Shown here: positions 38,601-53,024 of the stretch, one piece after another | How positions within the stretch are numbered: the first letter of the stretch is position 1 | Layout: each line of letters starts with the position of its first letter | Assembly: GCF_004010195.1 (NCBI RefSeq) | Contig: NC_057728.1 | Coordinates: 52,468,401 to 52,532,400, forward strand | DNA: 64,000 nt | Source: Chiloscyllium plagiosum | Lineage: Eukaryota | Direction: 5' to 3' | Made by a program: the position numbers and the translations under genes | The notes under the pieces: generated by a model | What the model saw: the letters and a program-made list of their open reading frames with translations, nothing else | Databases searched by the model: none | Told to the model about the DNA's origin: nothing

Positions 38601-41046
38601 CATAATATTCTGGTCAATATATTCTTGCACATTTACGAACTGCTATCAAACCCCCCTCTTTGTTTCTTTCATGTTCACACCTGTGAGAAAATCTCTCTGG
38701 AGTTGGTGGTCATAGGATAGCAATGCAAATCACAGTTTTTAGCTGGTTAAACTAAGTCAAAGTACAATCACTTTATAATTGCTCGCCAACAATTAGTGCT
38801 GATCCATTCACAACTACCAGCAGAGCTAGCCATATCGTCTTCCAACAGATGTTGAAAACCTTTGGTGCACTTCATTGTCTATGTGCACAGTTAGAGTTAG
38901 GCATTGCACATTGACACTTCCACGTCAACATTGAGAGAAGGGAAGTGTAACTCATTGGAGGAGGAAAAGCTTCTTATGAAAGCCTTGTGTTTTCTTTAGA
39001 ATAGAAGATTAAGGATGATTTAATTGATGAGTTCAAGATGATTAATAGAATTCATAGATGAGTACAATGACTTTGTCTGGAATCCTCCAGAGGAATAAAA
39101 CAATGGGACACAGCCTTAAAATTAGACTCAGGCCATTCTGGGTGATAAACGCTTCTTCTCACGCACACTCGTGGAAATCTGTAATCCCTCCCTCCCACCC
39201 CACTTGCCACATAAAAAAAAAATAAATGTGGTTAGTTTCTGCATCTGTTTCGGTTGTGTCACCATCACAGACTAACATCCATATTCCAACAGTATACGTA
39301 CAGCTAGCGCCAACTCCGCTTGATGGGACCTAATAGAATTGTAGCTATGATAATTTTAAAAACATAAATGGCGATAATCTAAAAATAGGCCTTGAAGATT
39401 TCGAGTTTGTTTCCTCCAGCAGCTTGGTTGGCTGTGTGGCTCTAAGATTGTGGATGCGCTATCTTAGAAATAAGTGTCTTTGGGGTTTGGGTGGGTGATG
39501 ATCTCATGTTCTGTCAATTCCCAATAATCCATTCCATATATTAAAGAACATGATAAGTTTACTTCCTTTCCTCCCTTGCTTTGGCGATTCTCATTTCAAA
39601 ACTGAAAATGTTAGGTTTTTGTTATGTAAGAATGTTATGATGAAGAAGTCAAGATGAGGAAACAAAACTTAAGATACAGTTCAATCTAATAAATGATGAT
39701 ATGTTTAAGTGGCTGAATCGATGTTGTCAACCAATCTCAATTCAAAGCCTTTAGACAATGTAGAGCAGGATCAGTTGCTCACTATATCATCAAATATGTA
39801 CAAATTGCAGATTCCAGGACTGGTGCCACTCGCGTGCATCGGTCAGGTGAGTTCCATTCATTTGAGGTCAGATCACTAAATTGAATATATTGTTAAAGAG
39901 AGGCATCCTGTTTGAACTGGGTGGCGAATCTGGAATTCTTTAGTGCAGAGGGCTGCTGAGGCCAAGTTCTTATTTTTTATCGATTGATTTTTAATCAGTA
40001 AATTGAGGAATGTGGGGAAAAGGCAGAAAAGTGGAGTTGATTATTAGATCAGCCATAATCTCATTGAATTACAGAGCAGACTCAGTGTGCCCACGTTTGC
40101 TATTTGTCAAATGATCTTCTGGTCTTAATGTCCCTTGACATGGCAGTGACATTACCATGCCTGAATTGCTAGAGGTTACTATTGATCAGAAACTGAACCA
40201 GACTGACTATGTAAATAACATAGCTACAAAAGCAGGTCAGAGACAAGGAAACCTATAACTTACTATCTGACTCCTGAAGATTTGTCTGCTGCCTAAGTTC
40301 ACAAGTAAAGAGTGTGATGGAATACTCCCCTCTTGGTACCATCCAGGACAAAACTTGATTAGCACCACAAGCATTCATCCCTTCCATCATTGAGATATAG
40401 TAGGAGCAATTTATACCATCCACAGTATGCACTGCAGAAATTCGCCAAAGCTCCCTCGACAGCATTTTCGAAACCTATGACCATCTAGACGAAAAGGTTA
40501 GCAGATTGATGGGCACACAGTCACCTTCAAGTTTCCCTTCACGCCACTCACCATCCTGACTTGGAAATTTAGCGTCTTTCCTTCACTGTCACTGGGTCAA
40601 ATTTTTGGTGCTTCCACACCATATGGCTTTGCAATACTACCTGCATCAAATGAGCAATAAATGCTGGTCCAGCCATTATTGTTCATGTCTCATCAGTGAA
40701 TTAAAAAGAATCAAACTGCTTGTTTTCGTACCTTTCATCCCATGTAATCCCATATTGTATCATCTTTCCATCACTTTAAATTTTTCTAGTATCTAAATAT
40801 GGCATGTTTATAATTATAATTATAATTTGGGCTATCAAGATAAAACAGCAATGTTCAGAGGAAATACCCTAATATTTAAACATGTTAAAAATGTATTTAT
40901 TTTATTTAATAAAATTATTTGGTCAGTAGATGGTGCTCTGGAGTTTTTTAAGGTAGTACAGGTCACAAAGCAATGCTGTTTCACGTTGCCACACTCAGGT
41001 TGCTCAGTTAGGTGAATCCAGCACTCAAGTTTAGAGAAGTCAAAGA

Positions 41047-44000
41047 ATCATAGAGATGTACAGCATGGAAACAGACCCTTCGGTCCAACCCGTCCATGCC
41101 GACCAGATATCCCAACCCAATCTAGTCCCATCTGCCAGCACCCAACCCATATCCCTCCAAACCCTTCCTATTCATATAACCATCCAGATGCCTTTTAAAT
41201 GTTGCAATTGTACCAGCCTCCTCCACTTCCTCTGGCAGCTCATTCCACACATGTACCACCCTCAGCGAGAAAATGTTGTCCCTTTTTAGGTCACTTTTAT
41301 ATCTTTCCCCTCTCACCCTAAGCCTATGCCCCCTTGTTCTGGACTCCCCCACCACAGGGAAAATACCTTGTCTATTTACCCTATCCATAAGACATAGGAG
41401 TGGAAGTAAGGCCATTCGGCCCATCGAGTCCACAGTGCTATTCAATCATGGCTGATGGGCATTTCAGCGCCGCTTACCCACATTCTTCACGTAACCCTTA
41501 ATTCCTTGCGAGATCAATCATTTATCAATTTACCTTGAAGACATTTAATGTCCAGGCCTCCACTGCGCTCCGTGGAAATGAATTCCACAGGCCCACCACA
41601 CTCTGACTGAAGAAATGTCTCCTCGTTTCCATTCTAAATTGACCCCCTCTAATTCTAAGGCTGTGCTCATGGGTTCGAGTCTCCCTGTCTAATGGAAACA
41701 AATTCCGAGCATCCACCCTTTTCTAAGCCATGCATTATCTTGTAAGTTTTTAATAGATCTCCCCTCAACCTTCTAAACTCTAATGAATACAATCTGAGGA
41801 TCCTCAGCTGTTTGTCGTATGTTCGGCCTACCGTTCCAGGGATCATCGTGTGAATCTCCACTGGACAGGCTCCAGTGCCAGTATGTCCTTCCTGACATGT
41901 GGGGCCCAAAACTGGACACATTATTCTAAATGGAACCTAACTAGAGCTTTATAAAGTCTCAGTAGCACACTGCTGCTTTTACATTCCAACCCTCTTGAGA
42001 TAAATGGCAACATTACATTTGCATTCTTAACCACGGGCTCAACCTGCAAGTTAACCTTAAGACAATCCTGGATTAGCACTCCCAGATCCCCTTGTACTTT
42101 GGCTTTATGAATTTTCTCACCATTTAGAAAATAGCCTATGCCTCTATTCTTTTTTCCAAAGTGCAAGACCTTGCATTTGCTCACATTGAATTTCATCAGC
42201 CATTTCCTGGACCACTCTCCTAAACTGTGTAAATCTTTCTGCAGCCTCCCCACCACCTCAGTACTACCAGCCTGTCCGACCAACTTGGTATCATCAGCGA
42301 ACTTCGCCAGAGTGGCCCCAGTCCCTTCATCCAAATCATTACTAGATAAAGTGAACAGCTGCGGCCCCAACACTGAACCCTGTGGGACACCACTTGTCAC
42401 CAGCTGCCATTCTGAAAAAGAACCTTTTGTCCGAACTCTCTGCCTTCTGCTAGACAGTCAATCCTCAGTCCAAGCCAGTAGCTCATCTGGAACACCGTGG
42501 GCCCTCACCTTACTCAGCAGCCTCCCGTAAGGCACCTTATCAAAGATCTTTGGAAGTCTAGGTAGATAATATTCACTGGGTTTCCCTGGTTTAATCTACT
42601 TGTTACTCTTCAAAGAATTCTAACAGGTTTGTCAGGCACGACCTCCCCTTACTAAATCCATGCTGACTTGTTCAAATCTGACCCTGCACTTCCAAGAAAT
42701 TAGAAATCTCCTCAACGATGGATTCTAGAATTTTACCTACAACCGAGGTTAGGCTAATCGGCCTATAATTTTTCATTTTTTTGTCTTGATCCTTTCTTGA
42801 ACAATAGGGTTACAATCATCTTGGTCTTTCCCTGACTCCAGTGACTTTTGTAAGATTACAACCAACGCCTCCGCTATTTCTTCAGCCACCTCCCTCAACT
42901 CTAGGATGCAGCCCATCCAGGCCAGGAGATTTATCAATTTTTAGACCTTTTAGCTTTTCTCGCATTTCTTTTGTAATGGCTACCAGACTCAACTCTGCCC
43001 CCAACTCTCCTTAATTGTTGGGATATTACTCATGTCTTCCACTTTGAAAACTGATACGAAGTACTTATTAAGTTCTTCAGCTATTTCCTTAGCTCCCATC
43101 ACTAGCCTTCCTGCATCAATTTGGAGCCACCCAATTTCTACTTTTGCCTCTCGTTTACTTCTTATGCATTGAAAGAAACTTTTACTGTCATTTCTAATAT
43201 TACTGGCTAGCTTACCTTCATGTTTGATCCTCTCCTTCCTTATTTCTCTTTGTTATCCTCTGTTTGTTTTTGTAGCCTTCCCAATCTTCTGATTTCCCAG
43301 TGCTCTTGGCCACTTCATAGGCTCTCTTCTTCTGTGATACTTTTCCTGACTTCCTTTGTCAGCCATGGCTGTCTAATCTTCTCCTCCACCCCGGATAATC
43401 TAATTTTCTTTGAGATGAACCTCTGTACTGTGTCATCAATTACACCAAGAAACTCCTGCCATTGTTGCTCTACTGTCTTACCCACTAGGCTCTGCTTCCA
43501 GTTGATTTTCGTCAGTTCCTCTTTCATGTCCTTGCAAATATATCCTAAGTTATCCTTTTTGCTTCATTCCTACTCTGCCTCGAATTTAAATGCTAACTGC
43601 TGCTAATTCTTCTACTTGACTCCATACTCCCTGTTGCTTTCCCTTTCCCTCCCCACCCCGACTCACAAGTTTAAAGTCCTAGTGATCACCCTATTTATCC
43701 ATGCCCCTCATGATTTTATAAACCTCTATATGGTCACCCCTCAGCCTCCGACGCTCCCGGGAAAACAGCCCAAGCCTATTCAACCTCTCCTGATAGCTCA
43801 AATCCTCCAACCCTGGAAACATCCTTTTAAATCTTTTCTGAACCCTTTCAAGTTTCATAACATCCTTCCAATAGGAAGGAGACCAGAATTGCACGCAAAA
43901 TTCCAAAAGTGGCCTAAACCATGTCCTGTACAGCCGTAACATGTCCTCCCAACTCCTGTACCCAATATTCTGACCAATAAAAGAAAGCATACCAAATGCC

Positions 44001-44310
44001 ACCTTCACTACCCTATCTACCTGCACTCCACTTTCAAGGAGCTATGAATCTGCACTCCAAGGTCTCTTTGTTCAGCAACACTCCCTACGACCTTACCATT
44101 AAGTGTATAAGGAGAAAGTGAGGTCTGCAGACGCTGGAGATCAAAGCTGAAACTTTATTGCTGGAACAGCACAGCAGGTCAGGCAGCATCTAGGGAACAG
44201 AAGATTCGACGTTTCGGGCATTAAGTGTATAAGTCCTCCTAAGATTTGTTTTCCCAAATGCAGCACCTTGCATTTATCTAAATTAAACTCCATCTGCCAC
44301 TCCTCGGCCC
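41047..44310 (-). mobile_element. CR1 LINE A containing nested CR1 LINE B (41389-43695) and a Penelope fragment (44112-44218)
   Basis: A breaks at 41388 and resumes at about 43696 (TATCCAT repeated); B encodes SGVPQGSVLGP...KFADDTKL; the Penelope fragment is flanked by a 15-bp TSD. Confidence 0.85.
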
Positions 44311-44599
44311 AGGTTCAGTTAAGAGTCCCACATTGTTGTGGGTGGAGTCACATATACACCAGACCAGGTAACGATGACAAATTTCCTTTAAATCATAGAA
44401 TCTCTACAAATCAGATAGAGGCCACCTTAAAAGACATTAATGAGCCAGTTGAACTTTTCCAACAATTTACAGTGGCTTCATGCCAGATTTTCCAGATTTT
44501 CACTGAATTCAGAACACTCTACCTTCTGTTGTGGCTGGATTTGAACCTGGGTCCCCAGAACATTACCTGCATGTCTGGGCTAATCATTTCGCAATAATA

Positions 44600-44889
44600 C
44601 ACGGCGGCTCAGTGGTTAGCACTGATACCTCACAGCACCAGGGTTCCAGGTTCGATTCCAGCCTCTGGCGACTGTCTGTGTGGAGTTTGCACATTCTTCC
44701 CCTGTCTGCGTGGGTTTCCTCCACAGTCCAAAGATGTGCAGGTCAGGTGAATTGGCCATGCTAAATTGCCCATAGTGTTAGGTGCATTAATCAGAGGGAA
44801 ATGGGTCTGGGTGGGTTACTCTTCGGAGGGTCGGTGTGGACTTGTTGGGCAAAGGGCCTATTTCCACACTGTAGGGAATCTAATCTAAT
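44600..44889 (+). mobile_element. HE1-type SINE
   Basis: A box, GGTTCGATTCC B box, (TAATC)n tail. Confidence 0.87.
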
Positions 44890-46039
44890 GTAACCTAATA
44901 CCATTAGGCCATCAGCATCTTGAGACTCCTGTGTCAGCAATCTTCGCAAGATTTTATTTCTGCATCAAAAGTTGTGGGCTGAAGTAATGATGAATGACTG
45001 TAGTGCTGAAAGAGTGCTGCATTATCAGATATACTATTCTTTGTCTGAGACACCTGACCAAGTCTATCTGTTTGAGGAAATCCTGTGGCACCATTTGAAG
45101 GTTGTCCCAAACAAAACTTGTCAGTCAATTATGCACCCAAATGATCAATCAACAAGTTAGATAGCTTCACCCTTGTCGGTACTTGTCAGGATAAAACAAA
45201 TCATTGAATTTCCTGAATGTTCAAGTATGTTGGAAGGCTTCAAAAATACTTGATAAGACATTATCTATCTAGGTCCTAAATTCTTCAATCTCTCTCTCAA
45301 CTGTATTATCAGAGTTCCAGGGGTTAGATTGTGAAGGGCGATTACGTCAACTACAATTTCAGTTAAATTACGAAGAGAAATTTGGCACTGACTCAGTTTG
45401 GAAATATTATAGCTGTTGGTCAAAAGAATAGCTTTGAGTTTGGCTTAAGGAACAAACTAAGGCAGATTGGGAAGGGAATACCAGAGCTTGTTTTTTCACG
45501 GCTGAAAGCCATCAGTGAAACAAGCGCAATTGAGTGTATTCAAGAGTGAGAATCGCAGATATCTCAGAGCATTGTAGGACTAGGAGAGCATAGAGAGATA
45601 AGGTGAAACTATCAAAGGATTTGAAATGAAATAATTTTAAAATTGAGACCTTGCATAATTGTGGGAGCCAGTGTAAATTGCTGAGTCAGATAGCTTTATA
45701 TTCCCTCGAAGACACAAGAGTAAGAATGTATTTTATTGAGGTTTTACTGATAAGATGGGTCAAAATAAATTGTTCCATGGTGATAGGACAAGAGAATGTA
45801 GCTATAAAATTTGAACCAGACATTCAGGTGAAAACATACGAAGCACTTGTTCGCGCAAAGCGAAGAATGTATTTGAATCTGTCTTCCATGAAAAGCAGCA
45901 GAGAACAGTTGATTTAATCATTTTAAATCCAAGATTTATCCCAATATATGTAAGGTTAGGGAGCCAAGGCAGGTGAATGGAGTTAAAAAACACATCGCAC
46001 ATGATTCACCAAATTTCAGATCAAGCCAATAAGAAAAGA

Positions 46040-47380
46040 CCATAAGAAATATGAACAGGACTAGGCTGTTCAACCCCTCACGCCTGGGCCATTCAGTAGG
46101 ATCATAGCTGATCTGACATTCCTGGAATCCCACTTACTTGCCTTTTCCCTATAACCCTCAATTACTGATCAAGAGTCTAGCTATCTCAGCCATAACTAAA
46201 CACAAGGTCTCACCAACGCTGTCTATCAAATAAGTTCAAAAGGCACTCAACCCTCTGAAAGAAGAAATTTCTCCTCCTTTCAGTCTTGAATTGGTATCCC
46301 TTTATCCTGAGACTGTTCTCTCTGGTCCTAGACTCTCCCATGAGAGGAAATATCCTCTCAGTATCTACCCTGTCAAGCCCCGTAAAAATCCTTTGTTTCA
46401 GTGAGGTCACATCTCATTTTTCTAAACTCCAATAAGCGGAGTCTCAACCTGTTTAACCTTTGCTCATAAGATGGTCCTTTCATACTGGGCATCATCTTAG
46501 TGAATCATTTCTGATTTGCCTCCAATGAAATTATGCCTTTCCTGTCAACACTCCAGATGTGGTCTTATGAGCACCTTGTACCATTACAGTAAGACTTCCC
46601 TCGTGGTATACTCCAATCAACCCCCTTAAAATAAAGGCCAGCTTTTCATTAACCTTCCTGATTACTTGCTGCACTTGTGTGATCACTTTGTGGTTCATGC
46701 ACCAAATACCCCAAGTCCCTTTGTGTTGCAGGTACCTGCAGTTTTCTCTATTTAAATAGTATTCTGTTCTTTTGTTCTCCCTTCCAAAATAAGCAACTTC
46801 ACATATTCCCACATTATACTTCACTTGCCAATGTTTTGCCAATTTACTTAACCTATCAGTATTTCTCATAAACGTTTTTGTGTACCCCTTCAGTTTGCCT
46901 TTTCACTTTTTAGTGCCTTTCACAAAGTTAACTGCAGTACATTTGCTTTCTTCCTCCAAGTCATTAATATTGTAAGCAGCTGCAGTCCCAGCACGGTTGC
47001 TATGGAACGTTGGTTACAGGTTGCCAACTTGAAAAATAACCCCTTTCCCCCACTTTGTTTCCTATCCCATAACCAATTCTCTATCCACATAATCTGATAC
47101 CTCCAACGGTCTTATCTTATGACTGAACCATTGGTGAGGTACCTTGTCGAGTGCCTTCTGGAATTCCAAATACAATGCACCTGCTGGTTCCTCTCTATCC
47201 ACTCTGGTGGAGACCACCTCAAAAGGCTCCAGTAAATTGGTTAGTCGCAATTTCCCTATCATGAATCCTTGATGACTGCATGATTCAATCACGATTTTCC
47301 AAATGTGTTGCTATTATTTGCTTCATAATGGATGCCATTTTTTTCCCAAAAATAAATGTTAGGCTAATTGTCCTAAAGGA
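46040..47380 (-). mobile_element. Older CR1 LINE fragment
   Basis: LEFQKALDKVPH and GESRTRE translations. Confidence 0.75.
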
Positions 47381-47598
47381 CTCTTTCCTCCTTTAATACC
47401 TCTTTATTACCTTGAAACTTTTGATCACCTGTGTTGATATTTCCTTGTGACTTACTTTGAGATTTTATTGGCTAATGCTGTTATCAACACCGCCATGCAT
47501 TTTACAGTGTTAAAGATGCTGAATAATTGTAAGTTTTGTTAAATGGGTACAAGGTTTTTTTTTAGATGATTGCCAGTAACTTAATTTTTCTCTTGCAG

Positions 47599-47851
47599 GT
47601 TTGATAATCCAGCTGCTGTCAGTCCAAGTCCTGTAAGGCAACTCACATTCAACTACCTCTTGCCCCTGAATGGTTGGCTTCTCCTGAACCCATCAGAATT
47701 ATGCTGTGACTGGACAATGGGCACTGTCCCATTAGTGGAATCATTCTTTGATATTCGAAACCTTGCCACAGTCATTTTCTACTGTTTAATGGCTCTACTG
47801 ATCCATTATAGTCTTCGCTATCCTGGAGAATCATCCCAAGTTGTAATAATG
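47599..47851 (+). CDS. TMTC3: TMTC3 exon 7 (DUF1736 region)
   Basis: [41 protein letters not shown]...VVIM; cag| and |gtaaga; 253 nt. Confidence 0.97.
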
Positions 47852-48209
47852 GTAAGAGCAGCTGCAGACGCTGGCCTAGTGATTGCTGTAGCACAGTTAA
47901 AAAGAGAATTCTCCACTGGCAATGACCAAAGGATACAGGTCAGAGGAAATTGACAAGAGAATCTGGGCAAGGGGAAGATGAGTGTTGTTTACCATAGTTC
48001 TGGAGGTATGTCACCTGCAAAGGTGATGGAAGCAGATTCAGTCATAACTTTCAAGCTGGGATGGAAATGGAAGGGAAATACAAGGTTATGAGTACAGGCT
48101 GAGGAATGGGAGTAATTATTGTTTTCAGAGAGCTGGCACAGGCGCAGTAAGCTAAGTAGCTGTCTTTTTGTGTTGTATGATCCTGTGATAACTGTTGCAA
48201 AATGAGTTT

Positions 48210-49020
48210 ATACAAATTGGGTGTGCTACAATTTTGCTGTCATGCGAAATATTAAGTTATGCACGTTGGCAGGAAGAATAGAGGAGCTGAATATTATTTA
48301 AATGGACAAAGACTGCAGAAAGCTACAGAAAAGAAGAATTTGGGAATCCTCATCCATGAATCATGAAAAGCTACCATCCAAGTTCAGGAAATAGGGAAGG
48401 CAAATAGAATGTTGGCCTTTTTCAAAGGGGATGAAGTATAAAAGGAGGAACATTTTTCTCAAACTGCACAAGGCACAGGTCAGACCACAGGTGGAATACT
48501 ATGAACAGTTTTGGACCTCTTATCTAAATAAAAATATGCTGGCATTGGATACAATCTGTAGAAGGCTCACAAGGCTGATATCAAGTATGGGCACACTGTT
48601 ATGAGGAGAGGTGGGTGGATTGGGCCTATACTTGTTGGAATGTAGAAGAACGAGAGGCGAACGTATTGAAACGTACCAGATTCTTTGGGGATGAGACTGG
48701 TAGATATGGACAGATTATTTCCCTTTGTGGCAGAGTCTATGACCAGAGGGCATAATCTCAGAAAAAGGAGTTTCACATTTAAGATAGAGGTCAGTGAATT
48801 TGTGGAATTCTCTACTACAGAGGGCTGTCCAGACTAGTTTGTTATGTGTAGTTCAGGCTGAGAGAGACAAGTTTTTAATCCGTAAGGGAATCAAAGGTTA
48901 TGGGGGAAAAGGCAGAAAGTTGGAGTTGAGAATTATCAATGAGATCAGCTGTGATCGAATTGAATGGCAGAGTAGACTCAATGGGCTGAATGGCATTGTT
49001 CTGCATCTACATATGTTTTA
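48210..49020 (+). mobile_element. Older CR1 LINE 3' fragment (similar to about 545-1170)
   Basis: Decayed ORF2 C-terminus, NLWNSL motif, CR1-type tail. Confidence 0.7.
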
Positions 49021-51654
49021 TGAAAGAAACTTGTCTAAACATTGGGGTTATTTAGCCATTCTTCTAACACTGAAAAATGCAGGGAGTTGTTTGCAAGAAA
49101 TACGTAGAGGATATTAATACAGTATTGCATCACATGTTTTCACTAACCATTTATTAATTGTTCCTCAGAAGTCTTTTAAGAACTGTGTTCTTTGCTGTTG
49201 AGCTTAAATAAGCGTTCATCATAATTAAGAAATGCTATGCAAACATCTCCCTAGACTTCAGTTAATCCACATTCCTTTCACAATCAGAAGCAGCCTCTAT
49301 TTCAATAGAAGTATTTAACTTCAATGAGTCCCAAGCCAGTTAGCAGAATAATTGCTTGTTAAACTGATGCCCGAACTTTAAAGGCTAGGACTGTGAGAGC
49401 CGGTTGCAGGCAAAGAACTCCAGAGGGTTTAAGGCCTTCCCAACAGTGAGACAAAAGGAAAAGAGGTAGCAAAACGTTGACAGGTTATAAAAGACTTTTT
49501 GGATCAGTCTGCCCCACACATTTGTTCTTCTTTTTGACTATAGTGTCCATTCTGATGTTCCAAGGGAAGATTCTGATGGGATGGGGGTGAATTAGATTTA
49601 TGGATGGCGATAGAATTAGTACATGGTGAAAGTGTCAAAGGAGCCCACCCCAGCGCTCTCTATCCGAGGCAATTTAGCTAATCTTATTCTTCTTTCCTTT
49701 CCCTGCAATCTGGAATTTGTTTACCCACCATTGGCTTATCTATTTTCCTTTGAATGCTTCAGTTTGAATCTTTATCTGCAAACAATTGCAAGACAATTTC
49801 TTTCTGTTTCCTCTTTATGAACCTCTCATGAATTTGAGTACCTCCATCAAATCTCAGATTTTGCTGCTCTAATCTGAGCTGGATTTAGATTTCCCAGAAT
49901 AGCTCAAATCTCTGAGGCCATAGAGGGTGGGAAAACTTCCACTTTGGGAAGTTTGAGGTATGTTGTTTGGATGATATACATATAGCTTTGTTCTAAGTCT
50001 GAACGCATTCTCTTAGCTTTGACAGTTTAATTATTGTATAACAATGATTGCACTTCAGAAGTTCTTCATTAGCTATATAGGACTTTGGAGCATGCTGAGA
50101 CCATGGAAGGTGTTACACAGGTGCAAGTTTGTTTTCCTGTTCTGTGCTAAAGCAGAACACCATTTTCTAAAATGAAAATGTGTTCATTCATGCATCCATT
50201 CATTACCATTATCAGAAAGTTGAATGGATTTCTTCTGTTTAAAATGAATACTTGCATGTTTCATTTGGCATATTCTACTTTTGTAATCTTGAAATTTGAT
50301 TCGATCCCTTGACAAACCCACATGACTTGGTGTGCTAGTTAGATGGGAGGGAAAGATGAAGAGCAGACTGACGTGCTGTAATGTGACATGACCAAGTGCG
50401 AATGGTGCAGCAGTGTTTTTATATCTAGTTTTGTGTCAGTGGCTTTGCCCTTCCCATTTCTTCCAACCCTCCATCTATCCAGGGTCCCTGTGGTCTAATA
50501 GTTCTAGTCTGTTGCACATCCGAGTTTCATTACTCCACTCTGCTTTCAGTCGCCAAAAGCAATAAGTTCTAGCGTTCACTTACCACATTTATCCACCTCT
50601 TTCTCTGTTTTTCTTCCTTCCTTGAAGTCACAATTTAGGACCTAGCTTTTTGATCACTTGTCCTAATATCTCTTTCTGTAGTTGAGTTGAATTTTGTCTG
50701 ATTTATGCTGGTGCGAAGCACCTTAGATCATTTCACGAAGTTAAAAGTGAAATGATTTAAGTTGGTGTAATTTTGTGGCCATTTTGCTTGGAGCAACTTG
50801 TGTCTGATTAAGAACTGAGATCATTTGAAGTAATGTCCAAACCTGCTAACACCAGCCAGTTCAATCTAATGTGGCCGATATGTGAGACACTTGTTCTGAC
50901 TCGAAAAGTCTTCCCAAGTCACCTGACTGTAAAACAATCAAAGAATCAAGAGATAATTAGCACTACCTCGTCCAGAGACCTAATAAATTTCACAAAATTG
51001 TAGTGAGTTCCACAGCTATAAACTGCAGTTGTTCTAATGAAAGAATTGACTCAGTTTTGCACTGGACAAAGTTTGAAACAGGAGGGGCAACCAAAGCTGC
51101 AAGATGAGTAGTGGAATAAATGTAAAAAAAATTTTCAGTTTTTTATCAATTGGTTTTACCATTTAACTGTGAAAGGTGCCTGCTGGTTGCTATTTTTATT
51201 TGTTGATGTCACTTGGGCATCATTGGCTGGACCATCATTTACTTGCAGCTTGTTACCAAGAGGACAGTTAACTGTCAACCATGTCGCTGAGTTTCTGTAG
51301 TCACGTAGGTCAGACTAGGTTAGGACAGTAGATTTACTTCCCTAAAGGACATTAGCGTACCCAATGGGTTTTTACAACATTTGACCAAGGTTATTGGCTG
51401 TGAGCTTTTCATTGTAGATTTTAGAGTTCAAGTTTCACTGAGTTAGTGGGATTTGAACCCATGTCCCTAGAACATTAGCCTGACGTATTGACGTTACCAC
51501 AATGTGACTGTTTCCCCATTTTCTTGCATTTTGCCAGTATTTTTATTGAAGAGGCAGATAAGGGGAAGACTTGCATTCATGAGGAGCATTTCTTGAGTTT
51601 GCATCCCCTCACCCAGCAGGGTGAGGGTGGTTTTTTTTTTTTTCAGACATTTTC

Positions 51655-52738
51655 ACCATGGCTTTGTTCATGGAAAATCATGTCTCTCGAACTTGATTGA
51701 GTTTTTTGAAAAAGTAACAAAGAGGATTGATGAGGGCAGAGCAGTGGGCATGATCTATGTGGACTTCAGTAAGGCTTCCCCATGGGAAACTGGTTAGCAA
51801 GGTTAGATCTCATGGAATACAGGGAGAACTAGTCATTTGGATACAGAACTGGCTCAAAGGTAAAAGGCTCAAAGGTGGTGGTGGAGAGTTGTTTTTCAGA
51901 CTGGAGGCCTGTGACCTGTGGCGTGCCACAAGGATCAGTGCTGGGTCCACTACATTTTGTCATTTATGTAAATTATTTGGATATGAACCTAGGAGGTTCA
52001 GTTAGTAAGTTTGTAGATGACACCAAAATTGGGAGTGTTGCTGAACAAAGAGACCTTGGAGTGCAGGTTCATAGCTCCTTAAAAGTGGAGTCACAGGTCG
52101 ATAGGATAGTGAAGAAGGCATTTGGTATACTTTCTTTTATTGGTCAGAGCATTGAGTATAAGAGTTGGTAGGTCGTATTGCAGCTGTACAGGACACCCAT
52201 TAGGCCACTTTTGGAATATTGCGTACAACTCTGGTCTCCTTCCTATTGGAAGGATGTTGTGAAACTTGAAAGGGTTCAGAAATGGTTTACAAGGATATTG
52301 CCAGGGTTGGAGGGTTTGAATTATAGGGAGAGGTTGAATAGGATGGAGCTGTTTTCTTGGAACTTTTGGAGGTTGAAGGGTTATCTTATAGAGGTTTATA
52401 AAATCAGGAGGGGTGTGGATAGGGTAAATAGACAAAGTATTTTCCCTGGGATGGGGGAGACCAGAACTAGAGGACATAGGTTTAGGGTGAGAGGGGAAAG
52501 ATACAAAAGGGATTTAAGGGGCAACTATTTCACGTAGAGTGTGGTGCGTGTATGGAATGAACTGCCAGAGGAATTGGTGGAGGCTGGTACAATTGCAAAA
52601 TTTAAAAGGCATCTGGATGGGAATATGAAAAGGTAGGGTTCAGAGGGATATGGGACTAGATTAGATTGGGATATTTAGTCGGCGTGGACGAGTTGGACCG
52701 AGGGGTCTGTTTCCATGTTGTACAGTTCTATGACTCCA
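51655..52738 (+). mobile_element. CR1/HER1-type LINE with internal deletion
   Basis: GVPQGSVLGP...KFVDDTKIG, LEYCVQLWSP, RTRGH and tail. Confidence 0.88.
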
Positions 52739-52875
52739 TTTCACACAGCAAGCAGTAGTTGTGACATGACTTGTGTTCTTTCACTTGAAAGTGCTCAATA
52801 AAGAATTGTATAACTGATGTTTATTGTTTAACATCTAACTCTACATGTGGCTCAAACTATGCTCTCTCTTTTCAG

Positions 52876-53024
52876 GCACTTTCTTTCATGGTGTTACCAT
52901 TCATTCCGGCATCAAACTTGTTCTTCCCTGTTGGCTTTGTGGTAGCAGAGCGTGTGCTTTATGTTCCGAGCATGGGGTTTTGTTTGCTGGTTGCCCATGG
53001 ATGGAAGAAGATAGCAGAAACATG
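52876..53024 (+). CDS. TMTC3: TMTC3 exon 8
   Basis: [49 protein letters not shown](W); cag| and |gtattg; 149 nt. Confidence 0.97.

Noticed and set aside
39235..39340. CpG-containing unique-looking stretch in TMTC3 intron 6
   Set aside because: The minus strand reads LAVRILLEYGC*SV, resembling a decayed LINE ORF2 C-terminus (LVRPILEY)
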